Shown in pieces: positions 27,321 to 34,149 of a DNA stretch of 64,000 nucleotides. Location: contig DATFON010000065.1 of assembly GCA_035265465.1 (NCBI GenBank), forward strand, positions 262-64,261. The letters are read 5' to 3'. Position 1 is the first letter of the stretch. Each line of letters starts with the position of its first letter. Both the position numbers and the translations under genes were made by a program. Source of the DNA: Solirubrobacterales bacterium (GTDB lineage: Bacteria > Actinomycetota > Thermoleophilia > Solirubrobacterales > 70-9). Below the pieces are notes generated by a model. It was given only the letters and a program-made list of their open reading frames with translations, did not search any database and had not been told where the DNA came from.

Positions 27321-28196
27321 TCAGCCTCCGTGTGTGTAGTAGCCCTGGCCGGTCTTCTGGCCGAGATTGCCGGCCTCCACCAGCTCCTTCATCCCCGGAT
27401 GGACGTAGAAGCGGTCGCCGTAGCTGGCCTGCAGATGCTCCGCCACGTGGAGCACCGTGTCCAGCCCGAGCAGATCGGACAGGAAGAACGGGCCCATCGG
27501 GGTCACCTTCGCCTCTGCGATCTCCTTGTCGATCTCCTCGGGCGAGCGTCCGCTCTCGTTCTCGTAGCGCCAGATCTCCGATGCCGCCGAGTTCAGGACC
27601 CGGTTCACCACGAAGCCTGGCTCCTCGCCGCAGCGAATGGGGTTCTTGCGGATCTGCATGGCGAAGTTCGCCGACGCCTGGCTCGTCTCCTCGGACGTGA
27701 ACTCACCCTCGACCACCTCGATCAGCCGCATCACCGAGGCCGGATAGAAGAAGTGGAAGCCGACGACCTGGTCCGGGCGGGTGGTGGCCGATCCGATCTC
27801 TGAGATCGAGAGCGCCGAGGTGTTGGACGCGAGGATCGCATGGCCGGGCGTCACCTCGTCGAGCTCGGCGAAGACCGCCTGCTTGATCTCCATGCGCTCC
27901 GGAACCGCCTCGACGACGAAGTCGACGTCGCCAAAGCCGTCGTACTCGGTGGTGCCGGTTATCCGGCCGAGGATCTCCTCGCCGCGCGTATCAGCCTGCT
28001 CCTGCGTGAGCTTCTCCTTCTTGACCAGGCCGGCGAGCTGGCCCTGCGTGACCTCGCGCGCCTTGGTCAGTCCGGCGTCGATGAACTCCTGCTTCACGTC
28101 CTTCATGACGACGGGCACGTCGGCCGAGGCGATCACCTGCGCGATCTCGCCTCCCATCGTTCCCGCGCCGAGCACGGCGGCCTTGAACACGAACAT
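27321..28196 (-). CDS. 3-hydroxyacyl/3-hydroxybutyryl-CoA dehydrogenase
   Basis: 291 aa. KAAVLGAGTMGGEIAQV Rossmann motif, ASNTSALSI, FHFFYPA, GQKTGQGYY. Confidence 0.9.
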   Translation of the reverse strand: MFVFKAAVLGAGTMGGEIAQVIASADVPVVMKDVKQEFIDAGLTKAREVTQGQLAGLVKKEKLTQEQADTRGEEILGRITGTTEYDGFGDVDFVVEAVPERMEIKQAVFAELDEVTPGHAILASNTSALSISEIGSATTRPDQVVGFHFFYPASVMRLIEVVEGEFTSEETSQASANFAMQIRKNPIRCGEEPGFVVNRVLNSAASEIWRYENESGRSPEEIDKEIAEAKVTPMGPFFLSDLLGLDTVLHVAEHLQASYGDRFYVHPGMKELVEAGNLGQKTGQGYYTHGG

Positions 28197-28212
28197 CGCT
28201 TGCGATCCTCCA

Positions 28213-28390
28213 GGTTGTGTTGATGAGGGGGCGCCAGCCCCCGAAACTGACTGGTGCCGTTGGTTAGTGGTTGTGTTGGTGAGGGGGCGTCAGCCCCGAA
28301 ACTGACTGGTGCCGTTAGTTAGTGGTTGTGTTGGTGAGGGGGCGCTAGCCCCCGAAATTGGCTGGTGCCGTTAGTGATTGTCTTGGTGAG
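28213..28390 (+). repeat. tandem 55-56 bp repeat, 3 full units plus 11-nt partial, each with GGGGGC-NNNN-GCCCCC hairpin embedded in TGATGA...GAAA (hammerhead-core-like)
   Basis: - U1 28213-28268: GGTTGTGTTGATGAGGGGGCGCCAGCCCCCGAAACTGACTGGTGCCGTTGGTTAGT.
- U2 28269-28323: TTGGTGAG, loop GTCA, one C deleted.
- U3 28324-28379: TTGGTGAG, loop GCTA, GAAATTGGC.
- Partial unit: GTCTTGGTGAG. Confidence 0.9.
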
Positions 28391-28417
28391 CCGTTACTGC
28401 CAGTGAGCGCGGGAAGG

Positions 28418-28879
28418 CTATACGGGTTGCGTTCCCGCCGCCGCTTCCTCGACCTCGAGCTTGAGGCGAGCCAGCGAGCGGCCCAGCGACCCCCTCATCT
28501 GCGACCGGATGAAGAGCCTGTCCGTCAGCTTCGCGAACGGCCCGCCCTCGCGCAGCCCGTAATTGAGCTCCTGCTGGACGACCGTCGCGTCACCCTGGAT
28601 CGCAAAGGTGGTGGTGAGCTGCCCGGTGGTCTCCGGGTCCTCGAACGAGACCCGATGGATTCGGCGCGGCTCGTGCTCGACGACCCGCTCGGTGACCGTC
28701 CCCCGGCCTGCAGGAGTCGACACCCATCGCAGCGACCCACCCGCATCCGGATATCCGGTCTCCGACTCGACCCGCCCGAATCCGTCGACCCACGCCGGCC
28801 ATCCCGCGGGGTCGAAGTAGTAATCCCAGACCTCGGCAAGCGAGGCCTTCACCGCCGCCGAGGCCGAGACGCGACTCAT
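28418..28879 (-). CDS. SRPBCC (START/polyketide-cyclase-like) domain protein
   Basis: ATG 28879 overlaps the padR stop (ATGA). MSRVSASAAVKASLAEVWDYYFDPAGWPAWVDGF... is typical of the SRPBCC ligand-binding fold. Confidence 0.7.
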   Translation of the reverse strand: MSRVSASAAVKASLAEVWDYYFDPAGWPAWVDGFGRVESETGYPDAGGSLRWVSTPAGRGTVTERVVEHEPRRIHRVSFEDPETTGQLTTTFAIQGDATVVQQELNYGLREGGPFAKLTDRLFIRSQMRGSLGRSLARLKLEVEEAAAGTQPV

Positions 28880-29379
28880 CGACCTCCCCGGGAGTTCGCG
28901 CGACCGCTGTAGATCTCGCGCTTGATGAGCGTCACTGACTTGATCACCGAGTCCAGGAATGGCTCCATCTCGTCCACCAGCCGCCGATACTCCTTTCGCC
29001 CCGCCGCGGTGATCGAGTAGAAGCGCCGCGTACGGCGATCGGGGTGCTCCCACTGGCCCTCGATCAAGCCGCGGGCCTCGAGGTCGCGAAGGAGTGGGTA
29101 GATCGTGTTGGGGTTCACCGAGATGACCCCGTTCGTGATCCCCTCGATCTCCTCGATCAGCCGGTTGCCGTACGCGGGCTCGCGCTCGATCAGATGCAGC
29201 ACGAGCAGCGGGAACACGTCGCGGCGGCGGATCTCGCCGCCGAAGACGTCCATCGCGCCGCCGCTGCGGCGTCCTGGCTGGCGCGTATCGGCGCTCGCCG
29301 CCCGGGTGCGGGCCGCCCGCGCCGCCTCGGCCACTCGGCGCGAACGAGGACGGGTGCCCTTCTCACGCTCCTGGGCCAT
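28876..29379 (-). CDS. PadR-family transcriptional regulator
   Basis: LLVLHLIEREPAYGNRLIEEIEGITNGVISVNPNTIYPLLRDLEARGLIEGQWE...RRFYSIT winged-helix. The start could instead be ATG 29253 (MDVFGGEIRRRD...); the first 42 aa are R/A-rich. Confidence 0.8.
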   Translation of the reverse strand: MAQEREKGTRPRSRRVAEAARAARTRAASADTRQPGRRSGGAMDVFGGEIRRRDVFPLLVLHLIEREPAYGNRLIEEIEGITNGVISVNPNTIYPLLRDLEARGLIEGQWEHPDRRTRRFYSITAAGRKEYRRLVDEMEPFLDSVIKSVTLIKREIYSGRANSRGGR

Positions 29380-29493
29380 GGGGAGCGACTATACGGTCCG
29401 CCCACGCGGCTGCACCGTTTACGCAGGTGAGGCGGCAGGTGCTCTGTGATCATCCGCACTTCCATCCGCCGCCATCCGGGTGTAGCCTCGTCT

Positions 29494-29602
29494 GGTGAGT
29501 TGATAAGGGGGCGCCAGCCCCCGAAACCGGCAGGTGCTGTCGCTGGTGTGTTGATGAGGGGGCGCCAGCCCCCGAAATTGGCTGGGTGCCGTTGCTGATG
29601 CT
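29494..29602 (+). repeat. two further units of the 28213-type repeat, same orientation
   Basis: - U4 29494-29544: GGTGAGTTGATAAGGGGGCGCCAGCCCCCGAAACCGGCAGGTGCTGTCGCT.
- U5 29545-29602: GGTGTGTTGATGAGGGGGCGCCAGCCCCCGAAATTGGCTGGGTGCCGTTGCTGATGCT.
- The block ends 15 nt before ATG 29618. Confidence 0.9.
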
Positions 29603-29617
29603 GACGAGGAGGACGAG

Positions 29618-29869
29618 ATGGCGAACATGAACATTCAGGACCGGGCGCAGTACGAACGGGCCGACCTGGCCGCGCCCGACAGGAGCTTGCGCGTTACCAG
29701 TCGCCGCCCCGTGACCGTGTTCGTGGCGCTCGGCATGGTCCTGCTGGCCGCACTCGTCTACGCCGTCGCCTGGGGCATCGACGGTTGGGCCCAGGCGCTC
29801 GTTCTCGGTGTGATTGTGGTGACGACGATCGGTCTGATGATCGCGGTGAGCCCGACCCGACGCGCCTAG
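29618..29869 (+). CDS. small two-TM membrane protein
   Basis: 83 aa. GAGGAGG SD a few nt upstream of ATG. TM segments VTVFVALGMVLLAALVYAVAW and ALVLGVIVVTTIGLMIAV. Confidence 0.45.
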   Translation: MANMNIQDRAQYERADLAAPDRSLRVTSRRPVTVFVALGMVLLAALVYAVAWGIDGWAQALVLGVIVVTTIGLMIAVSPTRRA

Positions 29870-29983
29870 ACTCGGTCCTCATCCCAGCGGTGCCTTCCCG
29901 CCCGCGTGGTCGGGTGGTCGGGCAGGTAGGGAATCGCCCCGTCGGGCTTCGCGCGTTTCGGACCCCTCAGAGGGGGTGGCTAT

Positions 29984-31219
29984 CTAGGCGACCTCGGCCG
30001 CTGCGGGGGCCTGCTCGGACGCCTCGGCCCCGGCGTCCGTCGCCTGCTTCGTCGTCTCGGGCTGCGGATCGTCGATCTGCCGCGGCATCAGGACCTCGCG
30101 GGCGATCACGAGGCGCTGGATCTGCGAGGTGCCCTCGTACAGCTGCATGATCTTCGCGTCGCGCATGAGCTTCTCGACCGGGTACTCCTTGATGAACCCG
30201 TAACCGCCGTACACCTGGACGGCGTCGACGGTGACCTCCATCGCGGTATCGGCGGCGAAGCGCTTGGCGTGCGAAGCGACGAGCGTGTTGCGCTCGCCCT
30301 GATCGAGTAGGACCGCCGACTCCCAGGTCAGCAGCCGGGACGCCTCGATCTTCGTCGACATGTCGGCGATCATGAACGCAACCGCCTGGTGCATCGCGAT
30401 CGGGACGCCGAACTGGACCCGCTCCTTCGCGTAGTCGCAGGCGAACTCGAACGCAGCGCGCGCGATGCCGACCGCGAGACCGCAGACGCCTGGGCGCGTG
30501 CGATCGAGGGTCATCATCGCGAGCTTGAAGCCGTGGTTCTCCTCGCCGAGCAGGTTGGCCGCCGGGACCTCCGTCTCGTTGAACGTGATCGTCGCCGTGT
30601 TGGAGGCCCGCTGACCGAGCTTGTCCTCCTTCTTGTCGACGATGACCGTGTCGTCCTTGGGAACCACGAAGGCCGAGATGCCGCGGTGGCCGGCGTCCTT
30701 GTCGGTCTTCGCATAGACCGTGTACCAGTCGGCGTAGCCGCCGTTGGTGATGAAGCACTTCGAGCCGTTGATGACGTACTTGTCGCCGTCGCGGACCGCC
30801 GTAGTCTTCATGCCGGACACATCGGAGCCCGCATCTGGCTCGGTCAGGCAGAAGGACGCGAGCTGCGACTCCTCGGTGAGCCTGCCGAGGAACTCCTTCT
30901 TGATCTCCTCAGAGCCACCGATCATGAGCGGTGCGGACGCGAGGCCGTTGGCCATCAACGTCGTGCCGATGCCGGAGCAGCCCCAGCCGAGCTCCTCCTC
31001 GATCAGGCAGCCGGAGAGATTGTCTAGGCCGGGACCGCCGTATTCCTCGGGGACGTGGACGTTCATGAGGCCCACCTCCCATGCCTTCTCGATGATCTCC
31101 TGCGGCCAGGTACCGTCGCGGTCGTAGTCCCAGGCCACTGGGCGGATCTCCTTCTCGGCGAAGTTGTGAGCCAACTCGCGGAGATCCTTCTGCTCGTCCG
31201 TCAGCGTGAAGTCAACCAA
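29984..31219 (-). CDS. acyl-CoA dehydrogenase
   Basis: 411 aa, TTG start. DFTLTDEQKDLRELAHNFAEKEIRP..., LTEPDAGSD, YEGTSQIQRLVIAR. Confidence 0.9.
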   Translation of the reverse strand: MVDFTLTDEQKDLRELAHNFAEKEIRPVAWDYDRDGTWPQEIIEKAWEVGLMNVHVPEEYGGPGLDNLSGCLIEEELGWGCSGIGTTLMANGLASAPLMIGGSEEIKKEFLGRLTEESQLASFCLTEPDAGSDVSGMKTTAVRDGDKYVINGSKCFITNGGYADWYTVYAKTDKDAGHRGISAFVVPKDDTVIVDKKEDKLGQRASNTATITFNETEVPAANLLGEENHGFKLAMMTLDRTRPGVCGLAVGIARAAFEFACDYAKERVQFGVPIAMHQAVAFMIADMSTKIEASRLLTWESAVLLDQGERNTLVASHAKRFAADTAMEVTVDAVQVYGGYGFIKEYPVEKLMRDAKIMQLYEGTSQIQRLVIAREVLMPRQIDDPQPETTKQATDAGAEASEQAPAAAEVA

Positions 31220-31268
31220 GGCTGAATGCTCCTTTTGAGTGCGGAAGAGAGGTCGAGTGACTTGTCGA

Positions 31269-31284
31269 TTGACTAGTCAGTCAA
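31269..31284. promoter_or_regulatory. AT-rich palindrome TTGACTAGTCAGTCAA (core TGACTAGTCA perfect) in divergent promoter region
   Basis: Read directly. Preceded by another TGACT (31255-31259 region). Sits ~50 nt upstream of the acyl-CoA dehydrogenase start in otherwise GC-rich DNA. Confidence 0.35.
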
Positions 31285-31373
31285 CCAAGGGCATTCAGGA
31301 TATCGGAATCGAATCCGCAGGGCACGGGTTCGATTATGCCCTTGCGAGATGCCCAGACCGCCCTTAGTCTGGG

Positions 31374-31850
31374 GTGGTGCTTCCGATCGCGATCAGCCTG
31401 AGCACCGGAGAAGTGATCATGATCGTGGTGTTCACGACGATCCCGATCGCGCTGCTCACATTTGTCCTGGGCGCCAAGAACGCGCTCAACGAGGTGGGAA
31501 AGGGCCAGTTCGCGGTGGAGTTCGAAAGCGATCTGCCGTCGAAGATCACCGACAGCGATGCGGACAGCTCCCCGGCCGCCCGCGAGGCCGAGATCCGTCA
31601 GCTCCTCGAGGCGAAGTCGTATCGCCAACAGGCCCGCGGCGAGGCGGCGCTCGACGTCGACGCCGAGCTGAACCGTCTGCTCTCCGAACGCCCGAGTCTT
31701 CCCACGGGGGTCAACGCACAGCTCGTCGAGGAGGTACGACAGCTTGTCGTCGCGCGCAACGAGCGGCGGGCACGGCAGGGGAAGGAGCCGCTGGACGTCG
31801 ACAAGGAGGTCGAGAGGCAGCTCCGAGACCTGGAGAACCTGGGGCAGTAA
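31374..31850 (+). CDS. membrane-anchored hypothetical protein
   Basis: 158 aa. N-terminal TM VIMIVVFTTIPIALLTFVLGA, then a charged helical region. High GC3. Start uncertain (GTG 31374 or the ATG a few codons in). Confidence 0.5.
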   Translation: MVLPIAISLSTGEVIMIVVFTTIPIALLTFVLGAKNALNEVGKGQFAVEFESDLPSKITDSDADSSPAAREAEIRQLLEAKSYRQQARGEAALDVDAELNRLLSERPSLPTGVNAQLVEEVRQLVVARNERRARQGKEPLDVDKEVERQLRDLENLGQ

Positions 31851-31908
31851 GCGCGGGGATCTCTCGCGGGGATCTCCGGCGCTGAGCACTAGATAGGATC
31901 GCGGCCCT

Positions 31909-32250
31909 ATGGCCGATCTCGAGACGCGAATCATCGAAGTCGACGACATGCTGCTGCGGCCGGGGACTTACTTCAACCCGCAGACCGAGATGGTCGTGAT
32001 CGTGGACGACTCGACCTCCATCGACCAGGACATCTTCAACATGGAGAAGTACGAGGGCTCGGACTGGGTTCGGATTGCCGACGAGGTCCCGGTCGACGAG
32101 GACGGCTTGGAGGCGACGCTCGAGGAGTTCCAGACCCACTACCACGGAAGCTCGCCCGGCTCGATATCCGAGACGGCGGTCGAGCAGGGCGACGGCACCG
32201 ACGACGAGGAGGAAGCGGAGCTCGAGCAGGACCCGGGCCGGGAGGACTGA
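31909..32250 (+). CDS. acidic hypothetical protein
   Basis: 113 aa, very D/E-rich with a C-terminal DDEEEAELEQD tail. The stop overlaps the next start as TGATG. Confidence 0.5.
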   Translation: MADLETRIIEVDDMLLRPGTYFNPQTEMVVIVDDSTSIDQDIFNMEKYEGSDWVRIADEVPVDEDGLEATLEEFQTHYHGSSPGSISETAVEQGDGTDDEEEAELEQDPGRED

Positions 32251-32654
32251 TGAGCGATTACGCAGTCGCCACCCGCGACGACGCCACCGACTGGATGGCG
32301 GAGTACCCGGACTTCGGAGAGATGCGGTCCTACACGGACGCCCTCGGATGCGACGCGGTCGCATTCACCTGGCGGCGAATGCCCCCGGACACCGGCGGCA
32401 AGGGCTCCTACGGCCACCGCCACAAGGACCAGGAGGAGATCTACTTCGTCGTGCGGGGCACGGTCCAGTTCAAGCTCGGTGACGAAGTGTTCGAGGCGGG
32501 ACCGCAGACCGCCGTGCGGGTCCCGACGGACGTCTTCCGCTCGGTCCACAACGACGGCCCGGACGAAGCGGAGCTGATCATCTGCTCGCCCAAGGCGAAG
32601 ACCGACCAGGGCCACGCCGAGAAGACGGACACGGACTTCTGGCCGACCGGCTGA
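32250..32654 (+). CDS. cupin-domain protein
   Basis: 134 aa. GHRHKDQEEIYFVVRGTVQFKLGDE...RSVHN matches cupin motifs 1/2. Confidence 0.7.
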   Translation: MSDYAVATRDDATDWMAEYPDFGEMRSYTDALGCDAVAFTWRRMPPDTGGKGSYGHRHKDQEEIYFVVRGTVQFKLGDEVFEAGPQTAVRVPTDVFRSVHNDGPDEAELIICSPKAKTDQGHAEKTDTDFWPTG

Positions 32655-32659
32655 CGCGG

Positions 32660-33163
32660 GTGCTCTCCCAGGGCGATCCGGCACCCGATTTCGCCCTCCC
32701 CGACCAGGAGGGAAATCTGCTCTCGCTGTCCGACCTCCGCGGTCAGACCGTCGTCCTCTACTTCTACCCACGGGCGGATACGCCCGGCTGCACGACGCAG
32801 GCGTGCGGAGTCCGCGACCATGCGGCCGACTACGAGGAGATCGACGCCCGCGTGATCGGGGTCTCGCCCGACCCGGTCGCCGCGGTCCGGAGGTTCGACG
32901 ACAAGTTCGGGCTCGGCTTCACGCTGCTCGCCGACGAGGATCACTCGGTCGCGGAGGCCTACGGCACCTGGGTCGAGAAGCGGATGTACGGCAAGACGTA
33001 TTGGGGCGTGCAGCGGGCAACGTTCATCCTCGACGCCGAGGGGCGCATCGCCAAGGTCTTCCCGCAGGTCTCGCCCAAGACGCACGACGACCTCGTGCTC
33101 GAGGCGCTCGAAGCCCTAGGTGATCGTCGGGCTGGAACCGGGCCTCACGACAGAACCACGTAG
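32660..33163 (+). CDS. bcp: thiol peroxidase / peroxiredoxin Bcp
   Basis: 167 aa. GDPAPDFALPDQEG...VVLYFYPRADTPGCTTQACG with the catalytic Cys in PGCT. Confidence 0.85.
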   Translation: MLSQGDPAPDFALPDQEGNLLSLSDLRGQTVVLYFYPRADTPGCTTQACGVRDHAADYEEIDARVIGVSPDPVAAVRRFDDKFGLGFTLLADEDHSVAEAYGTWVEKRMYGKTYWGVQRATFILDAEGRIAKVFPQVSPKTHDDLVLEALEALGDRRAGTGPHDRTT

Positions 33164-34140
33164 ACGGGGAAGACCGTGTAAAGGGTCGCCCAGGCCAGGA
33201 TCGCGGGCACGCTGAAGCGGCCCTGGAGACGCAGCGCCCAGTAGGCCACGATGCCACCGCCGAGCCCGAGCGCCACCGACACGAACGCGAAGCTGTCGAG
33301 GTCCCAGGCGGTGAACGCGAGGCCGAACGCGACGGGGATGGTCGACTGGAAGACCATCGCCCCGGTGATGTTCCCGAGCGCCAGTGCGTCCTTCCCCTCA
33401 CGGACCCAGAAGAAGCTGTTCGCCTTCTCCGGCAGCTCCGTGGCCAGCGGGGCCAGGAGGAGCGACAGGACGACCGGATGGACGCCGATCGACTCCGCCA
33501 GGTTGATCGCCTCCTCGACGAACAGGTGGGCGCCTCCCACCATCGCGCCGAGCCCGACCACGAACTGCAGCACGATCAGGCGCCACGGTGCTTGTGCGTG
33601 CGTGTTACGTGCGAGGATCAGCGGGCGGATCGATTCGCTCGACTCGACCTCGCCGCCACGCAGCAGAGTCCGCCATACGTAGATGCCGTAGGCGGCCACG
33701 AAGACAACCGCGAGGGGTATCCGGAGCTCCGACGGCGCGCCCAGTCCGAGCACCGCCGCCAGCGCGAAGAAGCAAAGGAAAAATCCGAGGTCTCGATCGA
33801 GCGTCGGGGCGTGTGCGTCAAGGTGGAGCCCCTGGGGTCGGCGACGGCGGTAGCCCAGGGCCGAGAGCCCGACCACCACCATCGCGATCGTTGCGAGCAG
33901 GAACGGGGCTCCGATGATCGCGCCGATAGCCACTTCGTCCGCGTCGGGCTTGCCGCCGATCACGGCGACGATCGGGATCAAGGTCTCGGGCATGGCGGTA
34001 CCCACCGCGGCGAGCAGGCTGCCCACCGCGCCCTCCCCCAGGGCGAGCCGCTGGCCGGCCCACTCGACCGCATTGGTGAACACGAGGGCCCCGGTCAGGA
34101 TGATCGCGAAGCTCGCCAGTAACAGGACGGCGTCTCCCAT
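33145..34140 (-). CDS. sodium/calcium exchanger family (CaCA, YrbG-like) membrane protein
   Basis: 331 aa. Alpha-repeat motifs GSLLAAVGTAMPETLIPI and GNITGAMVFQSTI. ~10 TM helices. Confidence 0.8.
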   Translation of the reverse strand: MGDAVLLLASFAIILTGALVFTNAVEWAGQRLALGEGAVGSLLAAVGTAMPETLIPIVAVIGGKPDADEVAIGAIIGAPFLLATIAMVVVGLSALGYRRRRPQGLHLDAHAPTLDRDLGFFLCFFALAAVLGLGAPSELRIPLAVVFVAAYGIYVWRTLLRGGEVESSESIRPLILARNTHAQAPWRLIVLQFVVGLGAMVGGAHLFVEEAINLAESIGVHPVVLSLLLAPLATELPEKANSFFWVREGKDALALGNITGAMVFQSTIPVAFGLAFTAWDLDSFAFVSVALGLGGGIVAYWALRLQGRFSVPAILAWATLYTVFPVYVVLS

Positions 34141-34149
34141 TGCTAACCG

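Noticed and set aside
28213-28390. CRISPR array interpretation of the tandem repeat
   Set aside because: The whole 55-56 bp unit repeats head-to-tail with no unique spacers. There are only three units and no cas genes, so it is a tandem repeat, not a repeat-spacer array.
28222-29602. Short peptides encoded within the repeat units (e.g. MRGRQPPKLTGAVG from ATG 28222; a 32-aa TTG-initiated ORF across U4-U5)
   Set aside because: There are no SD sequences, the reading frames are not preserved between units (U3 hits TAG after 5 codons), and conservation tracks the hairpin rather than a frame.
28213-29602. Calling the repeats bona fide self-cleaving hammerhead ribozymes
   Set aside because: Only the core and stems II/III are arguable. 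No stem I partner exists in cis, C3 is U in all copies and A6 is G in two. It is therefore kept as a hypothesis in the findings, not as an annotated ncRNA.
31308-31344. tRNA or tRNA fragment suggested by GGGTTCGATT (T-loop-like)
   Set aside because: The flanking stem would enclose a 12-nt loop. There are no acceptor, D or anticodon arms, and no CCA context.
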